A stretch of 64,000 nucleotides of DNA from Phycisphaerae bacterium (GTDB lineage: Bacteria; Planctomycetota; Phycisphaerae; UBA1845; Fen-1342), in the NCBI GenBank assembly GCA_963675745.2, contig CAXXWX010000026.1, positions 544,001 through 608,000 of the forward strand, given 5' to 3'. The position numbers were made by a program, and so were the translations under genes. How positions within the stretch are numbered: position 1 is the stretch's first letter; each line of letters opens with the position of its first letter. This document shows, piece by piece, positions 8,880-19,150 of the stretch. The notes under the pieces were generated by a model. It was given only the letters and a program-made list of their open reading frames with translations. It did not search any database and was not told the DNA's origin.

Positions 8880-9851
8880 TTAGAGGGGGATCAGACCCGT
8901 AGCGCTGATAGCCTGTCGATCGGGAGTGAAGACGCGGACTTGCTCCGTGTCGAGATGAAGCTGCGCCACCAGATCATCGGGCCGGGCGAATTCACGTTGT
9001 CGCCGCAAACGAGCGATGAAATGCAGCCCCAGTTGCCTGCCGCGCAGGTCGTCGTCGAAATCCAGCAAATGAGCTTCGACACGCGGTGACGCCTGGCCGA
9101 ATGTCGGCTGTGGGCCGACATTGACGGCGGCCAGCAGCGTGCGTCCGTCATCGAGTTGGGCAACCGCTGCATAAACGCCGAGGCCCGGCAGCAGTTGAGG
9201 AATCTCATCCAGGTTTGCGGTTGGGAAGCCCAATGCATGCCCGCGGTGTTCGCCACTGATGACGCGCCCCACGACCCGGTGCGGGCGTCCGAGCATCACG
9301 CGCGCGTCCGCGACATTACCGGCTGTGATCAGATGGCGAATCGCCGAGCTGTTGATCTCCGGCGCGTCAGCGAGCCCGGCGGCACGGGTGCAATCGACGA
9401 CGCACAACTCGAAGACAGCCTGATCCGCCAGCCGGCGCAGCGAATCGATCGATCCCGCGCGGCCCCGGCCGAAGTTGAACGACGGTCCTTCCACGATTAC
9501 GCGCGGGTTACACCAGCGGCGCAGCAGCGCGATAAACTCCTCCGCCGTCTGATCGAGGAACTCCGGTGAGCTGGCCACCACGATGGTCGCGTCAACCTCC
9601 GCCGCGGCCAGTAGCGCGAGCTTCTCGTCGCCGGTGGTCAGACGTGGGGGTGCGTGCTCCGGGCGCAGGACAGCAATCGGATGCGGCTCAAAGGTCAGCG
9701 CGATGACCGGCATGTCGCGCCGGCGCGCCATGTCGCGCGCAGCGGCGAGAATGCGCTGGTGCCCGCGATGCACACCGTCGAAATTGCCTATGGACAACGC
9801 GACGCCGCCGGCGGGCGGTGCAAATGTGTCAAGTGAGCGAAATACGTCCAT
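8880..9851 (-). CDS. ribF: Bifunctional riboflavin kinase / FAD synthetase
   Basis: IGNFDGVHRGHQ, TFEPHP, INSSAIR, GFPTANL, VEAHLLDF motifs. Confidence 0.96.
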   Translation of the reverse strand: MDVFRSLDTFAPPAGGVALSIGNFDGVHRGHQRILAAARDMARRRDMPVIALTFEPHPIAVLRPEHAPPRLTTGDEKLALLAAAEVDATIVVASSPEFLDQTAEEFIALLRRWCNPRVIVEGPSFNFGRGRAGSIDSLRRLADQAVFELCVVDCTRAAGLADAPEINSSAIRHLITAGNVADARVMLGRPHRVVGRVISGEHRGHALGFPTANLDEIPQLLPGLGVYAAVAQLDDGRTLLAAVNVGPQPTFGQASPRVEAHLLDFDDDLRGRQLGLHFIARLRRQREFARPDDLVAQLHLDTEQVRVFTPDRQAISATGLIPL

Positions 9852-9926
9852 GGTCGGCCAGGCTGTGATTGCTCCTCGGTGACGTGGGCGGGCGGCGCGG
9901 TGTCATCCGGAATACATCGGCGTTGA

Positions 9927-10442
9927 TCAGTACTCCGTCAGGTCAGGGACACCGAGATCGGCGGCGCGCGCCTGAAAGTCACGGGCTTTCATCCAGACGA
10001 GCGAGTACGTCCGTCCATCGTACAGCACGACGATGCGACCATTGGCGCGCAAGTAAAGGCTGGTCTGAGGGTCGCTGTAGCAGATCACTTTGGGGTGGTC
10101 GCTCTGAGCGATCCGCTGGTTGCTCCTCACGTAGATGTAGCGACTGCGCCACGCCTCTTCGTGTTCGGCCGATAAGCCCGGTGGCGGCGGCAAGTTGGTT
10201 GGCAGGCCGTGGGAACCGTATTTCTCCTGGAACACGCGCGGCAGGTGCATGGTCTCTTTTTCCAGACGCCACACAGTCTGGGCATCGCGATGCATCATCG
10301 ACACAATAATCATCCCGAGTGTCGCAACCGCGAAGATCACTACGCGCTTAATTACGCGTCGGCGGCGAAACAACAGCATGCGCAGTGCGGCGCGCTGCTT
10401 TACATCTACGTTTGTGGCTGCGTTGGCTGCGGCGTTGTTCAT
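9927..10442 (-). CDS. Hypothetical single-TM membrane protein
   Basis: Basic RRRR stretch followed by hydrophobic VVIFAVATLGMIIVSMM; co-oriented with purL and ribF; start uncertain (10442 or 10511). Confidence 0.6.
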   Translation of the reverse strand: MNNAAANAATNVDVKQRAALRMLLFRRRRVIKRVVIFAVATLGMIIVSMMHRDAQTVWRLEKETMHLPRVFQEKYGSHGLPTNLPPPPGLSAEHEEAWRSRYIYVRSNQRIAQSDHPKVICYSDPQTSLYLRANGRIVVLYDGRTYSLVWMKARDFQARAADLGVPDLTEY

Positions 10443-10544
10443 TGCGTGTACAATCCGAATCACTGGCGGCCGAGGGATCGGGTCCGCTGCAATTCTAACG
10501 GCCTCCGACAAACCGTAAAGCGGAAGCCAGACGGGATGCGAGCC

Positions 10545-10760
10545 ATGGGGCTCTTGGCAGACACAACCGATGTCCTGCTATTCGTCGGCGGAGCACTTGT
10601 CACGCTGATCGTCGCGGGGGCCGCGTGCTACTGGGCGGTGGCGGAATGTCGGGGAAATTGCGCCGACGCCAATCCGTCGCCTGGCGCTCAAGCGGTCCCT
10701 GACCAGGCAGATCGCAACTCCGAGACTGCCAGCTCGGCTTCACCCAGCGAAAAGCACTGA
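10545..10760 (+). CDS. Possible small membrane protein
   Basis: Hydrophobic VLLFVGGALVTLIVAGAACYWAV, but 3' end overlaps purL by about 70 bp. Confidence 0.3.
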   Translation: MGLLADTTDVLLFVGGALVTLIVAGAACYWAVAECRGNCADANPSPGAQAVPDQADRNSETASSASPSEKH

Positions 10761-13654
10761 TTGTCACTGACACGCCCCAGGGTTACGAAGGCGGCGCCGT
10801 GGCCAGCGAGAAACGCCCGTCCGCGTTCGGCGTCACACAGTTCAACCACATAGGCGGCATTGACCTGCTCAAACGGGTCGGGTGCCTGGTCAAATGCCGT
10901 ACACAGTACGCCGCGGTTGCCCGCAATGGCCATTTCAGCCAGTGCCACGAGCCACCCGCCGTCGCTGACATCATGGCAGGCGCGCACGTCACCACTGCGG
11001 ATCGCGTTGCTGACGGCTTGGTGAACGGCGTGGGCGGCGCTCAAATCGCCGTTGACTTGCGGCAATCCGCCAACCAGCAGCAACTCGCCGCCGGCGCACT
11101 TGAGGTCGGGTGTGACACATCGACCGACATCGGCGACGATGCTGATCGCGCTGATCAGCAACGTGGGCGGAATGCGCAGACGCCGGTGACTGCGGACCTG
11201 TGCCACCGCCGCCGCGCAAGCCTGCGGCAGCGTCCCCCCGCCGCTTTCAGCCATTTCGCGGAGTGTCTCGATCAGCACATCAACATCGCCATCATCGAGG
11301 GCAAACTCGTTGTTCAGCGAGTCTTTGCCTGAGATGAACGGCACGCCGAAAACCTTGGCGGTGTCATAGCACGCCTGGCAGGCGCGGACCAGTGCGCCAA
11401 GCTGTTGCCGGTGTTCACAGCTTCCCCAGCAGAAGTTATCCAGAATCGCCGTGTTCTCAGGATCGCCACCGACGGCGACGATGTTACGCAGGGCCTCATC
11501 TATGGCGGCGACGGCCATCCAGTAGGGATCAACGTCAGACAGGTGCGGCGCCAGGCCGCAGCCGATCGCGATGCCGCGCGGCGAACCGAGACGCGGACAG
11601 AGGAGGGCGGCGTCACTGGGCCCGAGTCCGGGGCCGCACAGCGGTTTGATCACGCTGCCGCCCTGCACCTCATGGTCGTAGCCGCGAATGATCCAGTGCT
11701 TACCGCCAGTGTTCGGATGGCGGAGATGCTTGATAAGGTCATCCGCGACGGGCACCACGGAAACCTCGCGCGGCTGGCTGTGAACCGGCGTGGGCGCATG
11801 CCACTCCGCCATACGCGGCCCGGCCGGCAGTCCCTCGTGTACGAAACGCATGTCGAGGTCTCCCACAACATGCCCCTGGTAGCGAACCACGAGCCGGGGC
11901 TGGTCAGTGGCGGGATCGACGCATCCAAATGTGCCGATCACGGTGGCTTCGACCTCTTCTTCGGCCATGATCCGCAGGAAAGTGTCCAGATTGCGCGGCG
12001 GGACGGCAAGGACCATGCGCTCCTGGGCTTCGCTGATCCAGATCTCGTCGTAGCGCAGACCCGCGTACTTCAGTGGGACCTCACTCAGCTCGACGTCCAC
12101 GCCAATCTCGGCCCCCATCTCGCCGACGGCACTGCTCAGCCCGCCGGCTCCACAGTCCGTAGTCGCGCTGTGCAGGCAGCCCGACTCGTGATCGCGGGCG
12201 CGCAGCATTGCGTCAAGACAACGTTTCTCGGTGATTGCGTTGCCGATCTGCACGGCGTGTGAAAACTCGTCGGCGTGCGTGTCCGTCAGCTCGGCCGATG
12301 AAAACGTGGCCCCGTGGATGCCATCACGGCCCGTGCGGCCACCGATCAGCACCACACGATCGCCGGGGCGGGCGGCCTTACTGACCATGTCACGCGGAAT
12401 GCTCCCGACGCAACCACAGTACACCAGCGGGTTGCCCAGGAACCGCGGATCATAGCAGACCGTACCGTTGACCGTCGGGATGCCCATGCGGTTTCCGTAA
12501 TCGGCGACACCCTGGACAATCCCGCGCAGTACGCGTCGCGGATGGAGCACGCCTTTGGGGAGCCTGTCGCGCGGCCAGTCGCTGGGGGCGACGCAGAACA
12601 CATCGGTGTTGGCGACGGGACGTGCGCCCAGACCGCAGCCCATTACGTCGCGGATGCAACCGCCGATGCCGGTGGCGGCACCGCCGTACGGCTCGATGGC
12701 CGACGGGTGGTTGTGGGTCTCGACCTTGAAGGCGATGCCGAATTCGTCGTCAAACCCAATGACGCCGGCGTTATCGGCGAAGACCGAGAGGCACTCAGGC
12801 CCGCGACCGTCGGCAATGAGCTCCCTGGTGACGCGTGCGATCGTATCGCTGAGCAGGTTTTGATAGCCCAGTTCGACGTCGCTGCTGGCTGCCGGCCGGC
12901 CCGGCCCGGGCGGCAATGGCGCGCCACGGTAGATGACGGTGCTCTTGAGCGTCTTGTGGACACAGTGCTCAGACCAGGTCTGCGCGAGGGTTTCGAGCTC
13001 AAGGTCGGTGGGTTCGCGTGCTGTGTTCCGATAAAAATCGCGAATCACCCGCATTTCCTCGATTGACAGGAACAGGTGACCACGGCGTGACGAATCCGCG
13101 AGCGCCGTATCGTCCATGTCACGCAGCGCGATTCGACGTGGCTCAAACGCCAATGCGGGCGGGCGCGGAGCCGGCCGGATCGCGGCCGAGCCAAGCACTA
13201 CCTCCTCGACACAGTCGTTTGCGATGATCCGCGCTGCCGCCTCTGCAAGACTGGCGTCAACCAGCCCATCCATGATGTAACGCCGTGCTGTGCGGACGGC
13301 CTCGATGGCATATCCCTCGGCACGCAGTTCGTCGAAAGTGCTCTGGGCAACCGGGTCCATCACGCCGAGCCGTGGATGCACTTCGAGCGGCAGTCCGGCG
13401 ACGGTCTCAGCCGGCACGGAATCAGTCTGAGACTGTATAGCAGCATATTCCGTCACTGGATCGGTAAGCAGCCGACATGCGATGGCGGATGCGTCGTCGC
13501 GTGTGAGTGATCCTTCCAGGAAGAACAGCCGGCTGGTGTGGACGCGGCGTACGCCGACGAGCCCGGCGTCTTGAAGCTCGGTTGCCAGCGCCGCGCTGGC
13601 GGCTGATGGCAAACATACATCGCGCGGCATAACCTCAACACGGAAGACGGCCAT
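10688..13654 (-). CDS. purL: Phosphoribosylformylglycinamidine synthase subunit PurL with N-terminal PurS-like region (no glutaminase domain)
   Basis: QTWSEHC, KVETHNHPSAIEPYGGAATG, GRDGIHGATFSS, SEAQERM, ISGKDSLNNE, HDVSDGG; RBS GGAG before ATG 13654. Confidence 0.95.
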   Translation of the reverse strand: MAVFRVEVMPRDVCLPSAASAALATELQDAGLVGVRRVHTSRLFFLEGSLTRDDASAIACRLLTDPVTEYAAIQSQTDSVPAETVAGLPLEVHPRLGVMDPVAQSTFDELRAEGYAIEAVRTARRYIMDGLVDASLAEAAARIIANDCVEEVVLGSAAIRPAPRPPALAFEPRRIALRDMDDTALADSSRRGHLFLSIEEMRVIRDFYRNTAREPTDLELETLAQTWSEHCVHKTLKSTVIYRGAPLPPGPGRPAASSDVELGYQNLLSDTIARVTRELIADGRGPECLSVFADNAGVIGFDDEFGIAFKVETHNHPSAIEPYGGAATGIGGCIRDVMGCGLGARPVANTDVFCVAPSDWPRDRLPKGVLHPRRVLRGIVQGVADYGNRMGIPTVNGTVCYDPRFLGNPLVYCGCVGSIPRDMVSKAARPGDRVVLIGGRTGRDGIHGATFSSAELTDTHADEFSHAVQIGNAITEKRCLDAMLRARDHESGCLHSATTDCGAGGLSSAVGEMGAEIGVDVELSEVPLKYAGLRYDEIWISEAQERMVLAVPPRNLDTFLRIMAEEEVEATVIGTFGCVDPATDQPRLVVRYQGHVVGDLDMRFVHEGLPAGPRMAEWHAPTPVHSQPREVSVVPVADDLIKHLRHPNTGGKHWIIRGYDHEVQGGSVIKPLCGPGLGPSDAALLCPRLGSPRGIAIGCGLAPHLSDVDPYWMAVAAIDEALRNIVAVGGDPENTAILDNFCWGSCEHRQQLGALVRACQACYDTAKVFGVPFISGKDSLNNEFALDDGDVDVLIETLREMAESGGGTLPQACAAAVAQVRSHRRLRIPPTLLISAISIVADVGRCVTPDLKCAGGELLLVGGLPQVNGDLSAAHAVHQAVSNAIRSGDVRACHDVSDGGWLVALAEMAIAGNRGVLCTAFDQAPDPFEQVNAAYVVELCDAERGRAFLAGHGAAFVTLGRVSDNQCFSLGEAELAVSELRSAWSGTA

Positions 13655-14029
13655 TCTGCTCCGGCCTTTGCTGGCAAATCGACGTCTGTGCAACGCAATC
13701 CAACTGGTTGGTCGCGATCATAGCGGCTCCCGAGGCACTCGTCGCGAGTCGCGCGAAATAACGCCTGGCGCAGTCCGGGAGTACAGGATTTTGAGAAAAC
13801 GACAACTCACGACACTCCGGGCCGCAGATAGCGTGTGTGCCATAACCATTGTTCTTATAATGAGTTACGGAGCTTAGCCGGCGTGAATGGCCCCATCAGG
13901 CGTGCGGCGGCCACCGTGGAATGTGACATAATTCTTGCCAGTTGAGGCTCTCCTCTTTACAGTAATCCGACGGTCCGGAGCGGGGCAGGGACGCAAGCTC
14001 CGGTGGCGCGGTCTGTGGTAGGGATCTTA

Positions 14030-15124
14030 ATGAGCGAACGGGCTAAGAGTACATCTGCATCCACACCGGGGCCGGCGTATGCGCTCGAGTTCGAGAGGCC
14101 CATCGTAAAGATGGAGCACGAAATCGAACGCCTGGAGGCTTCACAGGCCGAGACCGGCCGTGATTATTCCGAAGTTATCGGTAGTATCCGCGAGCAACTG
14201 AGAGTTGCGTTAGAACATGCCTACGGCAATCTGTCGGCCTGGGAGCTGGTACAGGTAGCTCGCCACCCCAAGCGACCGTTGCTGCGCGACTACATCAGGA
14301 TGTTGGCCAAGGACTTCTGCGAGCTGCACGGCGACAAGCTCTACGGTAATGACGGGGCGCTGGTCACCGGATTCGCGCGGATCGCCGGCCACAAGGTGAT
14401 GCTCATCGGCCACGACAAGGGCCGTGATACGCGTGACAAGCTCAGGGTGAACTTCGGATGTGCCCATCCGGAGGGCTATCGCAAGGCCCTCCAGAAGATG
14501 CAGCTTGCCGCGAAGTTCAAAGTGCCGGTCGTTTGTCTGGTCGATACGCCCGGCGCCTATCCCGGCATCGGAGCCGAGGAACGTGGCATCGCCAGCGCGA
14601 TCGCCAAGAACCTGATGGAGATGTCGCGTCTGCCGACCCCGATTGTCTCAGTCGTGATCGGTGAGGGCGGCAGCGGTGGAGCTCTCGGAATAGCGGTAGC
14701 TGACCACGTGGCAGTGATGCAGCACTCCTACTACTCGGTAATCAGCCCGGAAGGATGTGCCGCCATCCTGTGGAAATCGCGTGAACATGCGGCGAAGGCG
14801 GCGGAAGCGCTGAATCTCACTCCTGAGCATCTTAAGAAGCTGGAGTTGATTGACACGATCATTGAAGAACCGCTGGGTGGGGCACACCGTGCCCCGGAAG
14901 CCGCCGCGAAAGCGCTGGAAAGCTGGATCTCCCGATCTCTGCGCGAGTTGGGCCGCGTCAAGCCAGAGCGTCTGCTGAAGCGCCGATTCGACCGTTGGCG
15001 CAACATTGGCTCGTTTATACACAAGCCGGCGAAACCAGAGGTGGCGAAGTCGGCGAAGACCCGTGGCGGCCGAAGTCGTGGGGCACAAAGTGGGACACCG
15101 GTGACGGCATCCCAGCCGCGCTAG
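14030..15124 (+). CDS. accA: Acetyl-CoA carboxylase carboxyltransferase subunit alpha
   Basis: LEFERPI, ARHPKRP, DTPGAYPGIGAEERG, GEGGSGGAL, SVISPEGCAAILW. Confidence 0.96.
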   Translation: MSERAKSTSASTPGPAYALEFERPIVKMEHEIERLEASQAETGRDYSEVIGSIREQLRVALEHAYGNLSAWELVQVARHPKRPLLRDYIRMLAKDFCELHGDKLYGNDGALVTGFARIAGHKVMLIGHDKGRDTRDKLRVNFGCAHPEGYRKALQKMQLAAKFKVPVVCLVDTPGAYPGIGAEERGIASAIAKNLMEMSRLPTPIVSVVIGEGGSGGALGIAVADHVAVMQHSYYSVISPEGCAAILWKSREHAAKAAEALNLTPEHLKKLELIDTIIEEPLGGAHRAPEAAAKALESWISRSLRELGRVKPERLLKRRFDRWRNIGSFIHKPAKPEVAKSAKTRGGRSRGAQSGTPVTASQPR

Positions 15125-15395
15125 CGTGCTGATTACTGAGGAATGCGCGAACCGCGGTGAATTAAGTGGGTTCGCGGGGGCGACGACAAACACGCCGCGC
15201 TGTTGACGTTTGCGGCAGTCGTCGGCGAGGGGCAAATGCAATAGGGAACGGACCCGACCCCGGACGGCAGGTACACGTGCCGCCGCGATGGGACAGTTGT
15301 CGAGAAGTGTTTTTTTCGTGTGTTTTCAAGGGTGAAATGTTAGAATGAGCCGCTCAAGAAAAACGAGCGCCGCCCGGAATTCCTAGAGGATCGCG

Positions 15396-15953
15396 ATGCC
15401 CATGCAACTTGGCAGTACAGCGCAGCAACAGTCACTCGACCTGCACCTATTTCTGTTCGATCGGCCGCTGCACCCGGAACTGTTCCATCATTACGCCGAC
15501 TATCGCGTATCCCAGGGCGACTACCACGCGGAGATCTGGGTGACGGGGCTGAGCCACGTCGTGAGCCTGACGCGCGGCCATCGCACAGTCACCGAGCTTG
15601 TGGCCCGTGAGAGCGAATCTCTGCCGACGCGCGGCGTCCTGTCACGATTTCGCCTGAAGGGGGAGCGTGATCTCGAGAAGAAGTCGGCCGACGGTTGGTT
15701 GTACATGGTTAGCAGCCAGGTCGAAACGATGGACGAGGCCCTCTACAAGTCCGTACACTTCGATCTTCTGCGACACGCGACGCGGCGCGGTTGGGTACAC
15801 ACGTATGACGAGTGGGCGGACAGCGAGATGGTGCCCTTCACGCACATTGACACTGAAGCCCGCGATCGCGAGTTTCATGTACACGCGTTCCACGCACTGC
15901 CCCAAGAGCACACGCTGGTCAAAACGCAGTCAATCATCGAGTTACCACGCTAG
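15396..15953 (+). CDS. DUF2617 family protein
   Basis: LFDRPLHPELF N-terminal motif and FHALPQE..LVKTQSIIELP C-terminal motif recalled for this family. Confidence 0.65.
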   Translation: MPMQLGSTAQQQSLDLHLFLFDRPLHPELFHHYADYRVSQGDYHAEIWVTGLSHVVSLTRGHRTVTELVARESESLPTRGVLSRFRLKGERDLEKKSADGWLYMVSSQVETMDEALYKSVHFDLLRHATRRGWVHTYDEWADSEMVPFTHIDTEARDREFHVHAFHALPQEHTLVKTQSIIELPR

Positions 15954-16040
15954 CCCCGTAGAGATCGCAGGGCCGGCGCTGCCCCGGGGGCATTGCACCA
16001 TCAGCGACGCACCGACGCCTGACGTCGCCAGCGAAGGGCC

Positions 16041-17957
16041 GTGATGGCGAAGACCGAGCCCGATCTGATCCGCGTGGCCGGCGCCCGCGAGCATAACCTT
16101 TGCGATGTCACACTTACGCTCCGTAAGAACCGCCTGATCTGTTTTACGGGGGTCTCCGGCAGTGGAAAAAGCAGCCTCGCGTTTGACACGCTCTATGCCG
16201 AGGGGCAGCGTCGTTACGTCGAGTCGCTAAGTTCCTATGCCCGCCAGTTCATGGGCCAACTACCCAAGCCTGATGTGGATCAGCTCACCGGGCTGGCCCC
16301 CTCAATCTCCATCCAGCAGAAGACCAGCGGATGGAACCCGCGCAGCACGGTCGGCACAATCACGCAGATTCATGATTATCTGCGGGTGTTATACGCCCGA
16401 GCCGGAATCCAGCATTGCACGCAATGCGGCCTGCCGATCACGGCGCAAACGCGCGAGCAGATGATTGCGCGCATTCTGACGCTTCCCAAGCAAACGCGGT
16501 TCCTGGTGCTGGCCCCCAAGGTGCGCGCGCAGAAAGGTGAGTACAAGGACCTGTTCGCCGACTTGCTTCACCAGGGATTCATCCGGGCGCGCGTGGACGG
16601 CGAGGTCATCGATCTTGCCCAACCCCCGGCGCTGGACCGGTATCGCCGCCACGATATTGAAGTGGTGGTCGATCGCCTGGTGCTGCGTGACGGCGTACGC
16701 ACACGCCTCGCCGAGTCGCTGGAAACGGCCCTGGCGGCCGGCGAGGGGACGGCGATCGTCTCGCTGCTCGAGGCGGAAGCGCCCAAGAGCGCACGGCGTG
16801 GCGGGCACGGCGCGCAGCGCGACATTCTGCTGTCGGCCGGGTACGCCTGCACGGCCTGCAATCTGAGCTTTGAGCCACCGACCCCCCAGATGTTCAGTTT
16901 CAACAGCCCGCAGGGCATGTGCGACTACTGCGACGGATTGGGCGCGCGTTACGACTTCGATCCGGAGTTGCTGGTTCCAGACACGTCGCGGCACTTCCTG
17001 TCGCCGTGCATCGCCGCCATGCGAACCAAGATCGGTCGCTGGCGCAAGCACATCTACCAGGGCGTGGCCGACCACTTGGGATGCGATCTCAAAACGCCCT
17101 GGCGTGACCTGGCACCCGAGGCAAGGCACGCGCTGCTCTATGGCACGGGTGACCAGCACATCACGTTCGAGTGGCGCAGCAGACGACAATCGTGGAAGCA
17201 CGGCGGAACATTTGAGGGCGTGATCAGCGAGTTGCACAGCCGTTATCGGAAATCGAGCTCGGCGATTGTGCGGCGGTTCTACGAGCAGTTCATGCGACAG
17301 ACCGAGTGTCCGCGGTGCCATGGAGCCCGACTCAAGCCGCAATCGCTCATGGCGAAACTTACCGGACCACGCGCTGACGGCGAGTGTGTCCGCATGAACA
17401 TAAACGATGTCTGCCACCTTTCGATCGAACAGGCCGGTCGTTTCTTTGAAGGTCTGCGGCTGGAGGGCGTCCGGCAGACGATCGGCGCGGAGCCCCTGAA
17501 AGAGATCAGGGCGCGGCTGCGCTTCCTGATCGATGTCGGCCTCGAGTATCTGACACTCGATCGCGCGGCGCCCACCTTATCGGGCGGCGAATCTCAGCGG
17601 ATTCGTCTCGCCAGCCAGATTGGCAGCGGGCTGGTGGGCGTGCTGTATGTTCTGGATGAGCCCAGCATTGGCCTGCACCACCGCGACAATCGGCGTCTGC
17701 TGGCCTCACTGGAGCGGTTGCGCGACATGGGCAACACGGTGATCGTGGTCGAGCACGATCGCGATACCATGGCCGCGGCCGACGAAATTGTCGACTTCGG
17801 GCCCGGCCCGGGCATGCGTGGCGGCAAGGTTGTTGCCCAGGGGACCGCATCAGACCTGGCCGCCTGCGAGGAGTCAATCACGGGCGCCTATCTGGCGGAA
17901 CGCGAGACAATCGAAGTTCCCAAAACACGTCGCCCCGTTATTGGCCGATCACGCTGA
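16041..17957 (+). CDS. uvrA: Excinuclease ABC subunit A, N-terminal half only (NBD-I, UvrB-binding and insertion domains)
   Basis: GAREHNL, GVSGSGKSSLAFDTLYAEGQRRYVESLS, FSFNSPQGMC, LSGGESQRIRLA, LDEPSIGLH; stops at 638 aa where NBD-II normally begins. Confidence 0.85.
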   Translation: MMAKTEPDLIRVAGAREHNLCDVTLTLRKNRLICFTGVSGSGKSSLAFDTLYAEGQRRYVESLSSYARQFMGQLPKPDVDQLTGLAPSISIQQKTSGWNPRSTVGTITQIHDYLRVLYARAGIQHCTQCGLPITAQTREQMIARILTLPKQTRFLVLAPKVRAQKGEYKDLFADLLHQGFIRARVDGEVIDLAQPPALDRYRRHDIEVVVDRLVLRDGVRTRLAESLETALAAGEGTAIVSLLEAEAPKSARRGGHGAQRDILLSAGYACTACNLSFEPPTPQMFSFNSPQGMCDYCDGLGARYDFDPELLVPDTSRHFLSPCIAAMRTKIGRWRKHIYQGVADHLGCDLKTPWRDLAPEARHALLYGTGDQHITFEWRSRRQSWKHGGTFEGVISELHSRYRKSSSAIVRRFYEQFMRQTECPRCHGARLKPQSLMAKLTGPRADGECVRMNINDVCHLSIEQAGRFFEGLRLEGVRQTIGAEPLKEIRARLRFLIDVGLEYLTLDRAAPTLSGGESQRIRLASQIGSGLVGVLYVLDEPSIGLHHRDNRRLLASLERLRDMGNTVIVVEHDRDTMAAADEIVDFGPGPGMRGGKVVAQGTASDLAACEESITGAYLAERETIEVPKTRRPVIGRSR

Positions 17958-18338
17958 TTGCGGAGCCGGCAACGCCGGTGCCGCAACAACGTAAGCCGCG
18001 TGGCGGTGTCCTCAGTGCGGCCGTATGGCAGGCCCGGGCATGCACCGCCCCCGCCTTGTTCATCCCGCTGGCGAATTTCGTGCGCACTCCCGATTCAGGG
18101 CATTTTCCCACGTCGTGACTCATAACGTCTACCCGAACTGACAACACATTCGCCATCGAGTCCAACGTTTCCCACACTTGACGAGGATGGCATCTCGCCC
18201 GCGCGGTCAAGTTACCGCTCGGACCGAGCCAAGCCGTCCCTGTGAGAATGGGAGACATGGTCCTGGCGCTGACAGTTGCGGCAACCGCCGTCTGGACGTC
18301 GCACATTGAGGCACTGCGTCTGGCGCCGAGGGAAAGCA

Positions 18339-18524
18339 ATGGCCGTTACAGTGATATGCCCAAACCTGAACTGTGGACGAACGATCGTCGTCCCGGATAG
18401 CGCCCGCGGCCAGATGGTGCGCTGCGCGCATTGCGATCAGCCCTTCCTTGTGCCCCACTCGGAGCCTGCGACCGTACCCGGCGCCGGGCAGTCGGGTACG
18501 AAAGGGTCAAAGAACGGGCGCTAG
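18339..18524 (+). CDS. Small zinc-ribbon protein
   Basis: MAVTVICPNLNCG...VRCAHCDQPF (CxxxxC and CxxC); purine-rich RBS. Confidence 0.75.
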   Translation: MAVTVICPNLNCGRTIVVPDSARGQMVRCAHCDQPFLVPHSEPATVPGAGQSGTKGSKNGR

Positions 18525-18556
18525 CACGACGACACAGCAGCACGACGAGCAGAGCC

Positions 18557-19150
18557 ATGGATCAGGACAGTTGCGCCCCGCCGCCGGCGGGTGACCTCTC
18601 CACAGCTTCACAAGCCGCCGACACAGCACCGGAAACGGACATCGCCGGTCTGGGCGTGTTGTTTGCCGCAATCCCCAAGCTCATTCGCCCGATGCTGGCG
18701 GGCCTGGATGAGCAGCCGCCGGACCACGCGCGCCTGGTGCTCAGGGCGGCGACGGAAGCGTTGCGAGCCGATCCCGATCAGCGCGAACTGCTCTACTGCG
18801 CCGGCTATGCATCGGCCGTGCTGGGCCACTGGCACCATGCTACACACTTCGTGAAACGCATGCTGGACGCGAACGCGCGCGATATCGACGGACTGATACT
18901 GGCGGCGAAGGTGTCGCGGGCGCTGGGCGATGTTGTCGGCGCAATCAATCGAGTTGAGCAGGCCCTGGCGTACGGCGCCCAGCGCGGGAGCGTCTACGTG
19001 TTGCAGGGCGAACTGTATCTGGAAGCGGGCAACATCGAGCGTGCCCATCAGGCGTCACGACGCGCGCTGGAACAGAATCCGCGCCTGACCTCGGCACATG
19101 ACCTGGCCCGGCAACTCGCCGCGGCGACGCGCGAGTGTGAGACTCCATGA
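18557..19150 (+). CDS. Tetratricopeptide repeat protein
   Basis: TPR-like helices (YVLQGELYLEAGNIERAHQASRRALEQNP); ATGA overlap with next gene. Confidence 0.75.
   Translation: MDQDSCAPPPAGDLSTASQAADTAPETDIAGLGVLFAAIPKLIRPMLAGLDEQPPDHARLVLRAATEALRADPDQRELLYCAGYASAVLGHWHHATHFVKRMLDANARDIDGLILAAKVSRALGDVVGAINRVEQALAYGAQRGSVYVLQGELYLEAGNIERAHQASRRALEQNPRLTSAHDLARQLAAATRECETP

Noticed and set aside
15125..15395. Hairpin-rich intergenic region after accA as a riboswitch or sRNA
   Set aside because: No recognisable riboswitch, tRNA, tmRNA, SRP or RNase P signature; hairpins are expected at this GC content
17958..18100. Frameshifted continuation of uvrA (CRNNV in another frame resembles GARxNNL)
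   Set aside because: No Walker A or other UvrA motif follows in any frame
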